From positions 1 through 56,488 of the IMG/VR virus record IMGVR_UViG_3300044701_000673: a DNA stretch of 56,488 nt; one strand, written 5' to 3'. The notes under the pieces are model-generated. The model saw only the letters and a program-made list of their open reading frames with translations, had not been told where the DNA came from and did not search any database. The DNA is from a virus. Taxonomy: Duplodnaviria > Caudoviricetes. Of the stretch, positions 43,822 through 52,720 are shown piece after piece. Position 1 is the first letter of the stretch. Each line of letters opens with the position of its first letter. The position numbers and the translations under genes are program-made.

Positions 43822-45562
43822 GGAGCAACTCCTTTTTCAATTCTCCAAAGACCGTGACCCAGTCTCCGTGTCCAGTTTGACGGAACAGCCGCACGCTGTC
43901 GTACCACTCCGTCGTGTTTCCCGGCTTTGCCCAAAGATAATACGGAAGCACGGGCGTGACAATCCATGTCGGTATACCCATTGCAGCCGACATGTGGGAA
44001 ACTGATGTGCAAGACGATACCACAAGATCGCAGGAAGCGATAGCCTGCCGGGTGTCTTCCCAGTGCGCCAAAGGCAGCTCCTTGACCCACGCGGGCCTGT
44101 GCTCCGCGCCCTCGTCGCGCTGCAGGCTGACATATTCAACATCCAAGCCCTTCACCGCGTTGAACAGATACTGCGCCGGGAAGATGCGGTGCTGCTCATG
44201 CTCGAACTGCGGGTTGCCCTGCCAGCGCAGGCCGATCCGAAACTTGTCGCCCTTAGCTACATCTGGCTTCGGGATGTAGGCCGACCCGTCGATGTGCTTG
44301 TACTGCCAGCCCAGCGGAATGCTGGCCGTCATGCTGGGCACCCAGAAGTCATGCACCACGCCGAAGGCAGCCTCGTGCTGGATGACCATGTCCACGCCAT
44401 CAACCTTGCGCATGGTCATCGCCAGCGCGCCGGAGCAGGCCACGATGACCTGATTGCCGCGCTTCTTCAGCTCGCGGGCATAGCGGACGCCGTGGATTTG
44501 ATCGCCGAGGCCAGCCTCCAAGTTCAACAGGATCGTGCCCGTCGATACCCCATCCCAGATCGGCGTCGGCACTTTGGGTGCCTCGTTGCCGAAGACCTTT
44601 TCGATCCGGCCTCTGTCCAGCAGCTTCATGCCGTCCAGCAGGTGGCCCTTCCGCATCTCGTACCAGCCGCGATTGAAGGCCGCGCGGTGGTTCTTCGGCT
44701 CCTTGATCGCCAGCTCCTGAGCAATCTCCTCGCCGCGCTTGAAGTCGCCGATGATCCCGGCGGCCAGCTGCATGTCGAGCGGGTGGATCATCTCGGTCGT
44801 CAGCGGCTTTTCGCGCCAGAAGCAGGGCTGCACGAAGTTCTGGCGCATGTGCTGGAGGATGTCTTCAGGGTCGTCGTTGTGACGCTTGGCCAGCTTCGGT
44901 GCCACGGTATGCAGGCCGGGGACGTTCCAGATTTCCTCGTCGCGCTCCTTGGGGGCATGCTCGTCGAGGTGGTTGAAGTCGTAGTCGAAGTCGCCGATCT
45001 CAAGAAACTCGTGGATGCGGGCGAGCTGCTTCTTGGGGTCGGCGATCAGGTCTTCGTACTCGACAAAGAGGAAGCAGGACTGGTCGTAGTTGAAGCCCGT
45101 GAGAAGCACCTGATAAGACTTCTTGAGGTGGTCGATCAGGTCACTGTTGCGGAGGAAGTCCTCGACATCGTTGGGCTTCGCCACGCGCACGAAGGATGCC
45201 GCGCAGTCGTCGATGTTGCGAACGGTGGCAATGATCTTCGGCTTTCGGCCCAGAAGTTCGTGCAGCACGCGCAGGCTTGAGACCTCGGCCCAGTTCCGCG
45301 CCTTGTCGATCACGACAGGCTTTTCCACCTTGGCGTACTTGGCGTCCATGATGCCACGCAGCACGGCCTTGATCTGGTCTTCGTCCGGTGCCGCCTGCTC
45401 CGCCGAGCTGCCCTGCCACGCCTTGAAGGTGTTGAACATCACCTCGCCCATGCCGCTGGTGGGGCTGGCGTGAAGGTCGGGGTGCTGGTTCAAGAGCGCG
45501 GCGAGGACGGTGCTGCCCGAGCGGGGAAGGCCTGCGAGGAAGTGGAAGGTTTTCTGGAGCAT
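43742..45562 (-). CDS. Sulfotransferase-like + TPR + GT-B (GT9-like) glycosyltransferase fusion
   Basis: AGLPRSGST, IDKAR.W, TVRN, YEDLIADP; AAFNRGW TPR; EAGLGDQI..RY, IGLRWQGNP, SLQ, DLVVSSCTSVSHMSAAMG.PTW, WYDSVRLFRQ. Confidence 0.82.
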   Translation of the reverse strand: MLQKTFHFLAGLPRSGSTVLAALLNQHPDLHASPTSGMGEVMFNTFKAWQGSSAEQAAPDEDQIKAVLRGIMDAKYAKVEKPVVIDKARNWAEVSSLRVLHELLGRKPKIIATVRNIDDCAASFVRVAKPNDVEDFLRNSDLIDHLKKSYQVLLTGFNYDQSCFLFVEYEDLIADPKKQLARIHEFLEIGDFDYDFNHLDEHAPKERDEEIWNVPGLHTVAPKLAKRHNDDPEDILQHMRQNFVQPCFWREKPLTTEMIHPLDMQLAAGIIGDFKRGEEIAQELAIKEPKNHRAAFNRGWYEMRKGHLLDGMKLLDRGRIEKVFGNEAPKVPTPIWDGVSTGTILLNLEAGLGDQIHGVRYARELKKRGNQVIVACSGALAMTMRKVDGVDMVIQHEAAFGVVHDFWVPSMTASIPLGWQYKHIDGSAYIPKPDVAKGDKFRIGLRWQGNPQFEHEQHRIFPAQYLFNAVKGLDVEYVSLQRDEGAEHRPAWVKELPLAHWEDTRQAIASCDLVVSSCTSVSHMSAAMGIPTWIVTPVLPYYLWAKPGNTTEWYDSVRLFRQTGHGDWVTVFGELKKELLHAYENGLLDSRQKRPSQRRLGLQAVG

Positions 45563-46713
45563 TAGTTGGTTGCGCCTTGGAGGATGGCCAAAACATATCC
45601 TTGGCCTGCAGAAGCAGAGAACCACGAGGTTGATGCGCCAACTTGTACTGGGCTAGAACGGTTTGTGGTGTTACTTTGGCCAAGCTCGCCTTGGCTATTT
45701 TGACCCCAAGCCCAAAGAGTGCCGTCGGTTTTGACAGCTGCGTTGAGACGGTTGCCTGCTGATACTTTTGACCAGTTAGTCAGCGCACCAATTTGAACAG
45801 GGCTGGAGCGGTTGATGATGTTGTTTTGGCCGAGTTGGCCTGTGTCATTGTATCCCCAAGCCCAAAGAGTTCCCGTTGTTTTTACGGCAGTTGCGTGGTA
45901 GCTGCCCGCAGAAACACTAGCCCAATCCGTTAGCGCACCGATCTGAACAGGGCTAGACCTGTAGATATTATTTCCTCCACCCAAACGTCCAAAACTACCC
46001 TTGCCCCAAGACCATATAGTGTTGTCAGTCTTTACGGCAGTCGAAAACTCACCTCCGGCAGATACCTGCGCCCAATTTGTTAGGGCACCAATTTGGACAG
46101 GGCTTGACTTGTCGGCGACAGTGCCGTCTCCGACTTGGCCGCTGCCATTTCTTCCCCAAGCCCACATTGTGTTGTTAGTTTTCACCGAAAGCGTTGAGTT
46201 TAAGCTGGAAGAAGTAGAACTCCAATCCGTCAATGCGCCAACTTGCACCGGGCTAGACCGATATCCAGTTGTCGCGTTGATGCCAAGAGCCCCAAAAGCG
46301 TTAGCCCCCCAAGCCCATAGAGTTCCATTGCTCTTAACCGCAGAGGAGAACGTGGAGCCAGAAGAAATTGAGTACCAGTCGGTCAGGGAACCGACCTGCA
46401 CAGGGCTGGAGCGGTTGATGACGTTGTTCTGGCCGAGTTGGCCTGAGGTGTTTAGCCCCCAAGACCAAAGTGTCCCGTCTGATCTTAAGCCTAAGCTATG
46501 ACCACTTTCTGGGCCCACCGAAAGAATAGACCATGTTTGTGCGGAGCCGACCTGAGTCGGGCTAGACACACTGACTGTCGCATTCAAGCCTGTTCGGCCG
46601 TCTGTTCCTGAACCCCACGCATACAACTCATACGCAGGCAACCCCGTCCACGTCCCTGCGGCCACGGCCTGAATCTGCTCTTTTAGGTTCCAGACGCCGG
46701 AGAAATTGGGCAT
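45562..46713 (-). CDS. RCC1-repeat beta-propeller protein 2
   Basis: Seven SSP[VT]Q[VI]G repeats with GTLWAWG. Confidence 0.92.
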   Translation of the reverse strand: MPNFSGVWNLKEQIQAVAAGTWTGLPAYELYAWGSGTDGRTGLNATVSVSSPTQVGSAQTWSILSVGPESGHSLGLRSDGTLWSWGLNTSGQLGQNNVINRSSPVQVGSLTDWYSISSGSTFSSAVKSNGTLWAWGANAFGALGINATTGYRSSPVQVGALTDWSSTSSSLNSTLSVKTNNTMWAWGRNGSGQVGDGTVADKSSPVQIGALTNWAQVSAGGEFSTAVKTDNTIWSWGKGSFGRLGGGNNIYRSSPVQIGALTDWASVSAGSYHATAVKTTGTLWAWGYNDTGQLGQNNIINRSSPVQIGALTNWSKVSAGNRLNAAVKTDGTLWAWGQNSQGELGQSNTTNRSSPVQVGASTSWFSASAGQGYVLAILQGATN

Positions 46714-48102
46714 TTATACTACTCCGAGGATAGCGAAGGTTTGAGCCCCACCTGACGAAACTTGCAGCCAAGTCGTAAGGGCGCCAACTTGGACGGGGCT
46801 GGATAAGTTGATATCGTTGTTATGGCCAAGGCGGCCGCTTCCGTTGTTTCCCCAAGTAAACAGTGTCCCCGCCGTTGTGATGCAGGCGGTCTGGGTGCTA
46901 CCCGCCGCACCCTGTGCCCAATTGGTTAAAGCGCCAACTTGAACGGGGCTGGAGAGGTTGATGCCGTTGTTGTGGCCGAGCTGACCGTAGCTGCCGTTCC
47001 CCCATGAAAAAAGGGTGCTGTCAGTCTTGACGCAAGTGTTGAAGTAATTTCCCGAAGAAACCTGAGCCCAGTTCGTTAGAGCGCCGACTTGCACGGGACT
47101 GGAATGGTCGACGACGTTGTTGTGGCCGAGCTGGCCAAAGTTGCTGCTGCCCCAAGTGAAGAGAGTGCCTGCTGTCGTGACGCAAGCGGTAAAACCAGTT
47201 CCTGCCGAAGCCTGAGCCCAATTTGTTAATACGCCGACCTGCACAGGGCTGGAACGGCTGATCGTGTTGTTGTGGCCGAGACGGCCGGATTGATTGAGTC
47301 CCCACGTAAAGAGTGTTCCCGCCGTTGTTACACAGACGGTGTGGAAGTTTCCTATAGCAGCCTTTGCCCAATTAGTTAAAGCACCTACTTGCACAGGGCT
47401 AGATCGGCTAGTTGTGTCGCCAAGTCCGAGACGGCCATAGCTCCCGTTGCCCCAAACAAAGAGCGTTCCCGCTGTCGTGACGCAAACGGTGTGAGCCCCC
47501 TCGGCACGCGAAGCAACCTGCGCCCAATTGGTTAAAGCGCCAACTTGAACGGGGCTGGATAAGTTGATATCGTTGTTATGGCCAAGGCGGCCGCTGCCAT
47601 TGTAGCCCCAAGTAAACAGTGTCCCCGCCGTTGTGATGCAAGCGGCAAAGTTATAACCTGACGCAACTTGTGCCCAATTGTCTAAGGCGCCAACTTGGAC
47701 GGGGCTAGAACGGTTGATAGTGTCGCCAAGGCCAAGGCGGCCGCTTCCGTTGCCGCCCCACGCATACAACCCGGCCCCAGAGTATATCTCGTTCCCCGTA
47801 TCAAACTCCGTCAGCCGCCCCGGCCCGAAGTTGTTGACCGCCTGCGCGCGAATTTTGAACGTGCCGCCGCCGGGAGAGATCGAAATAGGTGAAGCAGACC
47901 CAGTAGCCCCTGTCGAGACGCCCGTGCTCTCGTCAATCGCCGTGACGATGTACGACGTGATCGCGCCGTCACCCGTGTCGGTGGGCGCGGTAAACGAAAC
48001 GCTGGCCGAGCCGATGCTCGTGCTCACACTGAGATCAGTGGGCGCGTTCGGTGTACTGAGAGGCGTGAAGGTGCCTAGTGTGCCGCCTTGTCTGCGAGAC
48101 AT
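46714..48102 (-). CDS. Fn3 + RCC1-repeat beta-propeller protein 1
   Basis: PNAPT..SVSFTAP..G...ITSYIV..A.N..G.G fibronectin-III pattern, then seven RCC1 repeats. Confidence 0.92.
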   Translation of the reverse strand: MSRRQGGTLGTFTPLSTPNAPTDLSVSTSIGSASVSFTAPTDTGDGAITSYIVTAIDESTGVSTGATGSASPISISPGGGTFKIRAQAVNNFGPGRLTEFDTGNEIYSGAGLYAWGGNGSGRLGLGDTINRSSPVQVGALDNWAQVASGYNFAACITTAGTLFTWGYNGSGRLGHNNDINLSSPVQVGALTNWAQVASRAEGAHTVCVTTAGTLFVWGNGSYGRLGLGDTTSRSSPVQVGALTNWAKAAIGNFHTVCVTTAGTLFTWGLNQSGRLGHNNTISRSSPVQVGVLTNWAQASAGTGFTACVTTAGTLFTWGSSNFGQLGHNNVVDHSSPVQVGALTNWAQVSSGNYFNTCVKTDSTLFSWGNGSYGQLGHNNGINLSSPVQVGALTNWAQGAAGSTQTACITTAGTLFTWGNNGSGRLGHNNDINLSSPVQVGALTTWLQVSSGGAQTFAILGVV

Positions 48103-48116
48103 TGCTCACTCCTCGG

Positions 48117-48491
48117 TCAAGATATTTCCTCATAGCTCACTACGACCTTGAGGTCGCTTGCAGAGCCAGCAGTCGCGCCAATCGACTTGTCTTCCTCAAG
48201 ATAGATCGAGGTGTTCCGGTCGATGACAATGAGCGAGGCATCAGCGGGGACCGAGACCGTGCTTACGATCTGGGTGGCCGTGCCGCCGATGTTGTCCTCG
48301 CTATAGAGCGAGATCGTGATGTCGGCGGCGTTGGTTCCGTCCACGTTCGAGATGATCAGCGACTCGATCTTGAAGACCTTGCCGCTCGCGGCAGCATTCT
48401 CAACGACGAGCGTCGCGTTGGTGGTGGTGAGGTCAACCACGGCAGACTTGCCGATGATTGAGGTGACGTTGACGATGTTTGGCGCGGCCAT
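48117..48491 (-). CDS. Small structural / adaptor protein
   Basis: MAAPNIVNVTSI, NVDGTNAADI, VPADASL, ends SYEEIS. Confidence 0.7.
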   Translation of the reverse strand: MAAPNIVNVTSIIGKSAVVDLTTTNATLVVENAAASGKVFKIESLIISNVDGTNAADITISLYSEDNIGGTATQIVSTVSVPADASLIVIDRNTSIYLEEDKSIGATAGSASDLKVVVSYEEIS

Positions 48492-48502
48492 AGCTTATCT
48501 CC

Positions 48503-48811
48503 TTATCCAAAAATCAGGGTGAAGGCGATTGCCTTGCCAGCTGAGATGCCCGCAGAGCCAAACGACAGGTTTCCAGAACCGTCTGTGACCACAGCCTGAC
48601 CCGCAGTTCCGTCTGCTGTCGGATAGGTCAGGCCCGCCGGGTTGTTCGCGATCTTGATGACCGTACCAGACGCATTTTCCGCGTACAACGCCATGTCAGC
48701 GTTGTTGATGTTGATCGCAAGTTCGCCAGGGCTCAGGTTTGCGGCGAGCGGAACTGTACTGGCAGTGGTGCTGCGGTACAGCTGAATCGGAGTAAATCCG
48801 GTCTGCGGCAT
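48503..48811 (-). CDS. Short fibre-like adaptor protein
   Basis: P.A.NL..GELAINI, PTADGTAGQ...TDGSGNLSF, GKAIAFTLIFG. Confidence 0.65.
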   Translation of the reverse strand: MPQTGFTPIQLYRSTTASTVPLAANLSPGELAININNADMALYAENASGTVIKIANNPAGLTYPTADGTAGQAVVTDGSGNLSFGSAGISAGKAIAFTLIFG

Positions 48812-48884
48812 GGCTGTTACCTCTTTCTAAGGTGGTTGGCGGGCATTATGCCCTTAAATTCGGAGCAACGCGATAGCTTATTCA

Positions 48885-51335
48885 TCAAAACGTCCCCCCA
48901 TCCATTCCGCCCCAGCTGGGCGCGCTCGCACCATTCGACAGCAACACCTGCCCCGCTGTGCCGTTGGCCAAGAAGGCAGTGGCACCTGCGCCGGTCTGAT
49001 ACGGGATTTGGCTGGCCGCGCCGCCTGCGAGATTGGTGGCTGTCCCCACGGCGAGCGTGGATTGCGTCCGGTTCTCCCAGCGCGAATCGACGCTGTCGTA
49101 GACGATGACATCGCCGCCCGTCAGCGAGGTGAACTGCACGTTGCCGTCGGTGCCACCCAAAACCGAGCCGAAAGTTGGACGCACGAACAGGATGCCGTTG
49201 GAGGCATCCGCGTAGACGACGGCAGCCATAAGGGCGATGGCATTCGGGGTGTTCGGCTTCGTCTTGGTCAGACCGCCCGTGACAGCCGGGTTGTAGTAAA
49301 GCACGTCGCCCTGAACCCAAACCTCAGCGCCGCCCGTGGTGTTAATGCCCTTGATCTCGCCGAACTCAACGACGGTGATCCAGTCGTTGGTGATCCCGGT
49401 CTCCATAGCAACGCCGAGGATGGAGCTGGCTTGGTCAGCCGTCAGGCCCGTGGCGGGGGCAGCCGTCAAACCGCCGCTCGCGCCCAGCGTGCCCGTAAAC
49501 ATGAGCACTTGACCCTTAGATGCACCAGCCGACAGCTTGACGCGGTAGTACATCTCCTCGCCGACATGCTGGATCACCGCGCCGTTCATCTGGAACGCCA
49601 GCGTCTGGAACATGTCGGCATCGTCGTAATAGAGCCGCCCGGTGGCGTCCACCACAGTGGCCGTGGTGTCGAACTGGATGAAGTCCGGCGAGCTGATGCC
49701 GCCCGTGACGCCGGTCATGGAGGTGATGTCGGCATTCGCGCCAGAGGCGGCCGCGCTGAGGTTGGTGCGGGCGGTGCCTGCGTCCGTAGCCCCGGTGCCG
49801 CCATTGGCCACAGCAAGCGTGCCCGCAATCGTGATCGTGCCAGACGTTGTGACCGGGCCTCCAGTGGTGGTCAGGCCCGTCGTGCCGCCGGACACGTCGA
49901 CAGATGTCACCGTGCCGGATCCTGCGACGTCCCACACGAAGGCCGACCCGTTCCACTTCAGGAACCTGTCAGTGACAGCGGGCGCGTCGATGAAGGCGCT
50001 GGTGTTTGATCCAGTGTTGTAGACGATCTTGTTGGCCGCACCGCCAGCCACATTGGTCGCGGTCCCCGCATTGCCCGTCACGCTGATAGACCACGTCCCC
50101 GTGGCATCCGTGCCGGATGTCGATGGCGCGCCGACGTCGGCATAATCAAGGACGACAATGCCGGTCTGCCCGTTGACCGAGGCCACGAGGTTTGTTTGGT
50201 CGATTTTCTGCCAGACAGTCCCGTTGAAGATCGCCCAGTCGCCGATCTGCCAATCGGTGATGCCGTCCAAGTTTGTGGATCCGGCTGTACTCACGATGTA
50301 GTAATAACCGTTTACCCCCACCCCAGACGCAAGGGTCGGCGTGTTGGTTGATGCATTCCAGCCGCCCTGAAACGACAGACCGCCCGTGAAGCTCGCCGTG
50401 GTGGCGCTGGTGATGACGCCCTTGGCATTGACGGTCAGGACGGGGATTGCCGTGGATGAGCCGTAGGTGTTTGCCGAGACGCCGGATGCAGGCAGGTCGG
50501 CGTTGACCATGGCGCGAAATGTTGTTGGCGCGTCTGCCCCGGCCGCAGGCCCCGCGTAGATGACGTTGGCGGGCTGATCCACGACCAGAATCGCCGAGCC
50601 CCACGTGTATTCATTGGAGCCGTTCGACACCAGAACTTGGCCCGCACTTCCGACCGGGCCGACATAAAGGCCATCAGCGCCGCACCAGATGATTACACCA
50701 GCGTCAGCAACGAGGCTGCGTGCCGTGCCGCCTTGGTCGAGCGGCAAGATGCCATTGATCTGCGCTTGGTCGGAAAGATCAACTGCCGGGTGCTGGTGGT
50801 CGGCGCGAGCCATGTTCGTCGAGACGCCAGCCGTGCCCGTGCCATCCAAAACAAGCGGCGTGGCATTCGACAGGTTGGCCGTCAGCGTGACATTGCCCGT
50901 CAGAGCCCCGCCACCGCTCAGGCCCGTCCCAGCGATGACCTGACGGCTCTCCGGCACATAACCAGATATCGTCGCCGGGATCGTCGTGGCCGCCATGACG
51001 CGGCCCGTGGTGTCAACGGTCAGGACAGGGATTTCGGTGGCCGAACCATAGGAGCCCGGCGTCACGCCCGAGTTGGCCAGTTGCGTTGACCCGACGCCGC
51101 CGTTGGCGATCGACAGCGTGACGTTGGAGGACAGTTGGCCGCCACCCTGCAGGCCCGTGCCAGCGATCACCTGCCGCGACGTCGGAACGCCAGCCACGCT
51201 CAGAAGGTCACCCACCCGGATCTGGTAGTTGTTGCCCTGATAGACGATCATCATCAGCGAGTTTTCGTCGGCCACAGGCGCGACGGGGAGCTGCGTGACG
51301 CGGGTTGGGATCAGATTGCTGGGTACGTCTGACAT
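48885..51335 (-). CDS. Tail fibre protein
   Basis: 816 aa G/T/A/S-rich; repeated AGTGL.GGG.L and YGS.T.IPVLTV motifs; ends DGGTF. Confidence 0.78.
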   Translation of the reverse strand: MSDVPSNLIPTRVTQLPVAPVADENSLMMIVYQGNNYQIRVGDLLSVAGVPTSRQVIAGTGLQGGGQLSSNVTLSIANGGVGSTQLANSGVTPGSYGSATEIPVLTVDTTGRVMAATTIPATISGYVPESRQVIAGTGLSGGGALTGNVTLTANLSNATPLVLDGTGTAGVSTNMARADHQHPAVDLSDQAQINGILPLDQGGTARSLVADAGVIIWCGADGLYVGPVGSAGQVLVSNGSNEYTWGSAILVVDQPANVIYAGPAAGADAPTTFRAMVNADLPASGVSANTYGSSTAIPVLTVNAKGVITSATTASFTGGLSFQGGWNASTNTPTLASGVGVNGYYYIVSTAGSTNLDGITDWQIGDWAIFNGTVWQKIDQTNLVASVNGQTGIVVLDYADVGAPSTSGTDATGTWSISVTGNAGTATNVAGGAANKIVYNTGSNTSAFIDAPAVTDRFLKWNGSAFVWDVAGSGTVTSVDVSGGTTGLTTTGGPVTTSGTITIAGTLAVANGGTGATDAGTARTNLSAAASGANADITSMTGVTGGISSPDFIQFDTTATVVDATGRLYYDDADMFQTLAFQMNGAVIQHVGEEMYYRVKLSAGASKGQVLMFTGTLGASGGLTAAPATGLTADQASSILGVAMETGITNDWITVVEFGEIKGINTTGGAEVWVQGDVLYYNPAVTGGLTKTKPNTPNAIALMAAVVYADASNGILFVRPTFGSVLGGTDGNVQFTSLTGGDVIVYDSVDSRWENRTQSTLAVGTATNLAGGAASQIPYQTGAGATAFLANGTAGQVLLSNGASAPSWGGMDGGTF

Positions 51336-51644
51336 TTATAGCTCCAGGTATCCGTCACCATCTTCGGTGATGATGAACTCGTTGCCTTGCTCTTGGATCA
51401 ACCCGGCGGGGCGTGTGTTGATCGGCGTGTCGGGGCGTACAAACGGGAGCACGATCTGGTCCGGTCGGCGAGGGGCGAGGCGATATGGGTCGTATTGGTC
51501 GCGGTCTTCTTGGCAAACCATCAGCCCCGGATAGTTCGGGTCCGGGGCCAGTTCGGAAAGAAACATCTTGCGCGAGCAGCGTCCGCAAATCCCGATACCG
51601 TATGTCGGTTGGCCCGTAGGATCGAGGTACAGCGAATTGCTCAT
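51336..51644 (-). CDS. Small Zn-binding structural-operon protein
   Basis: ICGRC..VC..D.D.YDP; RPD. Confidence 0.7.
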   Translation of the reverse strand: MSNSLYLDPTGQPTYGIGICGRCSRKMFLSELAPDPNYPGLMVCQEDRDQYDPYRLAPRRPDQIVLPFVRPDTPINTRPAGLIQEQGNEFIITEDGDGYLEL

Positions 51645-52624
51645 GCGGTGTACGCCCTAATGCCAGGGTTGATCTGGATCGGCGAGCCGTCATTGTCGCC
51701 GTCCCACGCACGCTGCATGCTCACTGCCGCACGCTGGTCCAAGATAGGCATCAAGGCAACGTCAACCTGCGGCGTCTCGGCGGCGACCTTGCTGGCCAAA
51801 CCATCGACGATGGCCTGCAGCCAGCGCTGCGGCACCTCAACCTCCTGCTGAAGGTTCTCGGTGTCCATGATCTGGCGGTGACGCCACAGGATCAGCTGCG
51901 CCTGCTCCGCCGCCGAGAACGGCGCGGGCCAAAGGTAAACCACAGGCTCCGGCAGGTCGCGCTGGAAGTAGTAGCTGCTCGGGCGGCTGGGGAACTGCAG
52001 GTTCGACTGGTTCACATACGAGTCGCGGTTCAACTGGCCGAGCGGGATCTGCTGCGGCAGGTTGCCCAGCGTGATCTCCGAATAGTTCAGGGTGCCGCTG
52101 GTCGCCACGATGCGGAAATAGGCATAGGCCAGGGCGCCGCTGATGTCGGTCCACGTGATCTCGCCAGCCGATGCCGTGACACTTGATGTCCCCACGGTCG
52201 TCCACGACGAGCCATTCGTGCTGACTTGGAAGTTGACGGGCACGGCAGCCGCCGACCACTTGATGCCGACCGTGTTTACCACCGTCTGCGTGGTGAAGTT
52301 GACGGTGTAGCTGGTGGATGTGGTGACCGTAGCCCCGTCCAAAAGCTGCAGCACGCGGTAGTTCAGGTTCAAGACCTCAACGGTGCCAGGCGGCAGCGTG
52401 ATCAGCGGCTGGTTCTCATACATGGGAAGGATGAGTTGCTCGATGCACCAGCTGGGCGTCTTGATGTTGGCGAGCTCAGAAAGCATCAGGTAAAGAGAGT
52501 CGAGCGCGTAGGTTTGCATCTCGGCGGTGATGGCCTGAGCGGGCAAACGACAGCGTCTGAAGGCGTGATCTACCACCTTCAGAGCGTTAAACGTCGTGCC
52601 GCTCACATTCCCGGAATAGGCCAT
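51641..52624 (-). CDS. Head completion / adaptor protein
   Basis: SG..SGTTF, AF.RC, SL.LMLSELAN, RPS.YYFQR, LWPAP, VPQRW. Confidence 0.7.
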   Translation of the reverse strand: MAYSGNVSGTTFNALKVVDHAFRRCRLPAQAITAEMQTYALDSLYLMLSELANIKTPSWCIEQLILPMYENQPLITLPPGTVEVLNLNYRVLQLLDGATVTTSTSYTVNFTTQTVVNTVGIKWSAAAVPVNFQVSTNGSSWTTVGTSSVTASAGEITWTDISGALAYAYFRIVATSGTLNYSEITLGNLPQQIPLGQLNRDSYVNQSNLQFPSRPSSYYFQRDLPEPVVYLWPAPFSAAEQAQLILWRHRQIMDTENLQQEVEVPQRWLQAIVDGLASKVAAETPQVDVALMPILDQRAAVSMQRAWDGDNDGSPIQINPGIRAYTA

Positions 52625-52690
52625 ACTGTCTCCGCCGCGTGATCAAAGCTGGCCGCTGGTTCAGCACGCCTCGGGAGTTTGTTCAGGGGA

Positions 52691-52719
52691 ATTATAGACC
52701 AACCCCCCTGAAAGAGAAA
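52691..52719 (-). promoter_or_regulatory. Putative promoter
   Basis: TTTCTC-17-TATAAT in an intergenic gap. Confidence 0.45.
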
Positions 52720-52720
52720 G

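Noticed and set aside
42172-48102. Diversity-generating retroelement acting on RCC1 loops (many AAC/GAC/TAC/AGC codons)
   Set aside because: No reverse transcriptase or non-coding template repeat is visible, repeat differences are not confined to adenines, and NNC codons are expected at this GC content; trans-acting or past DGR activity cannot be excluded
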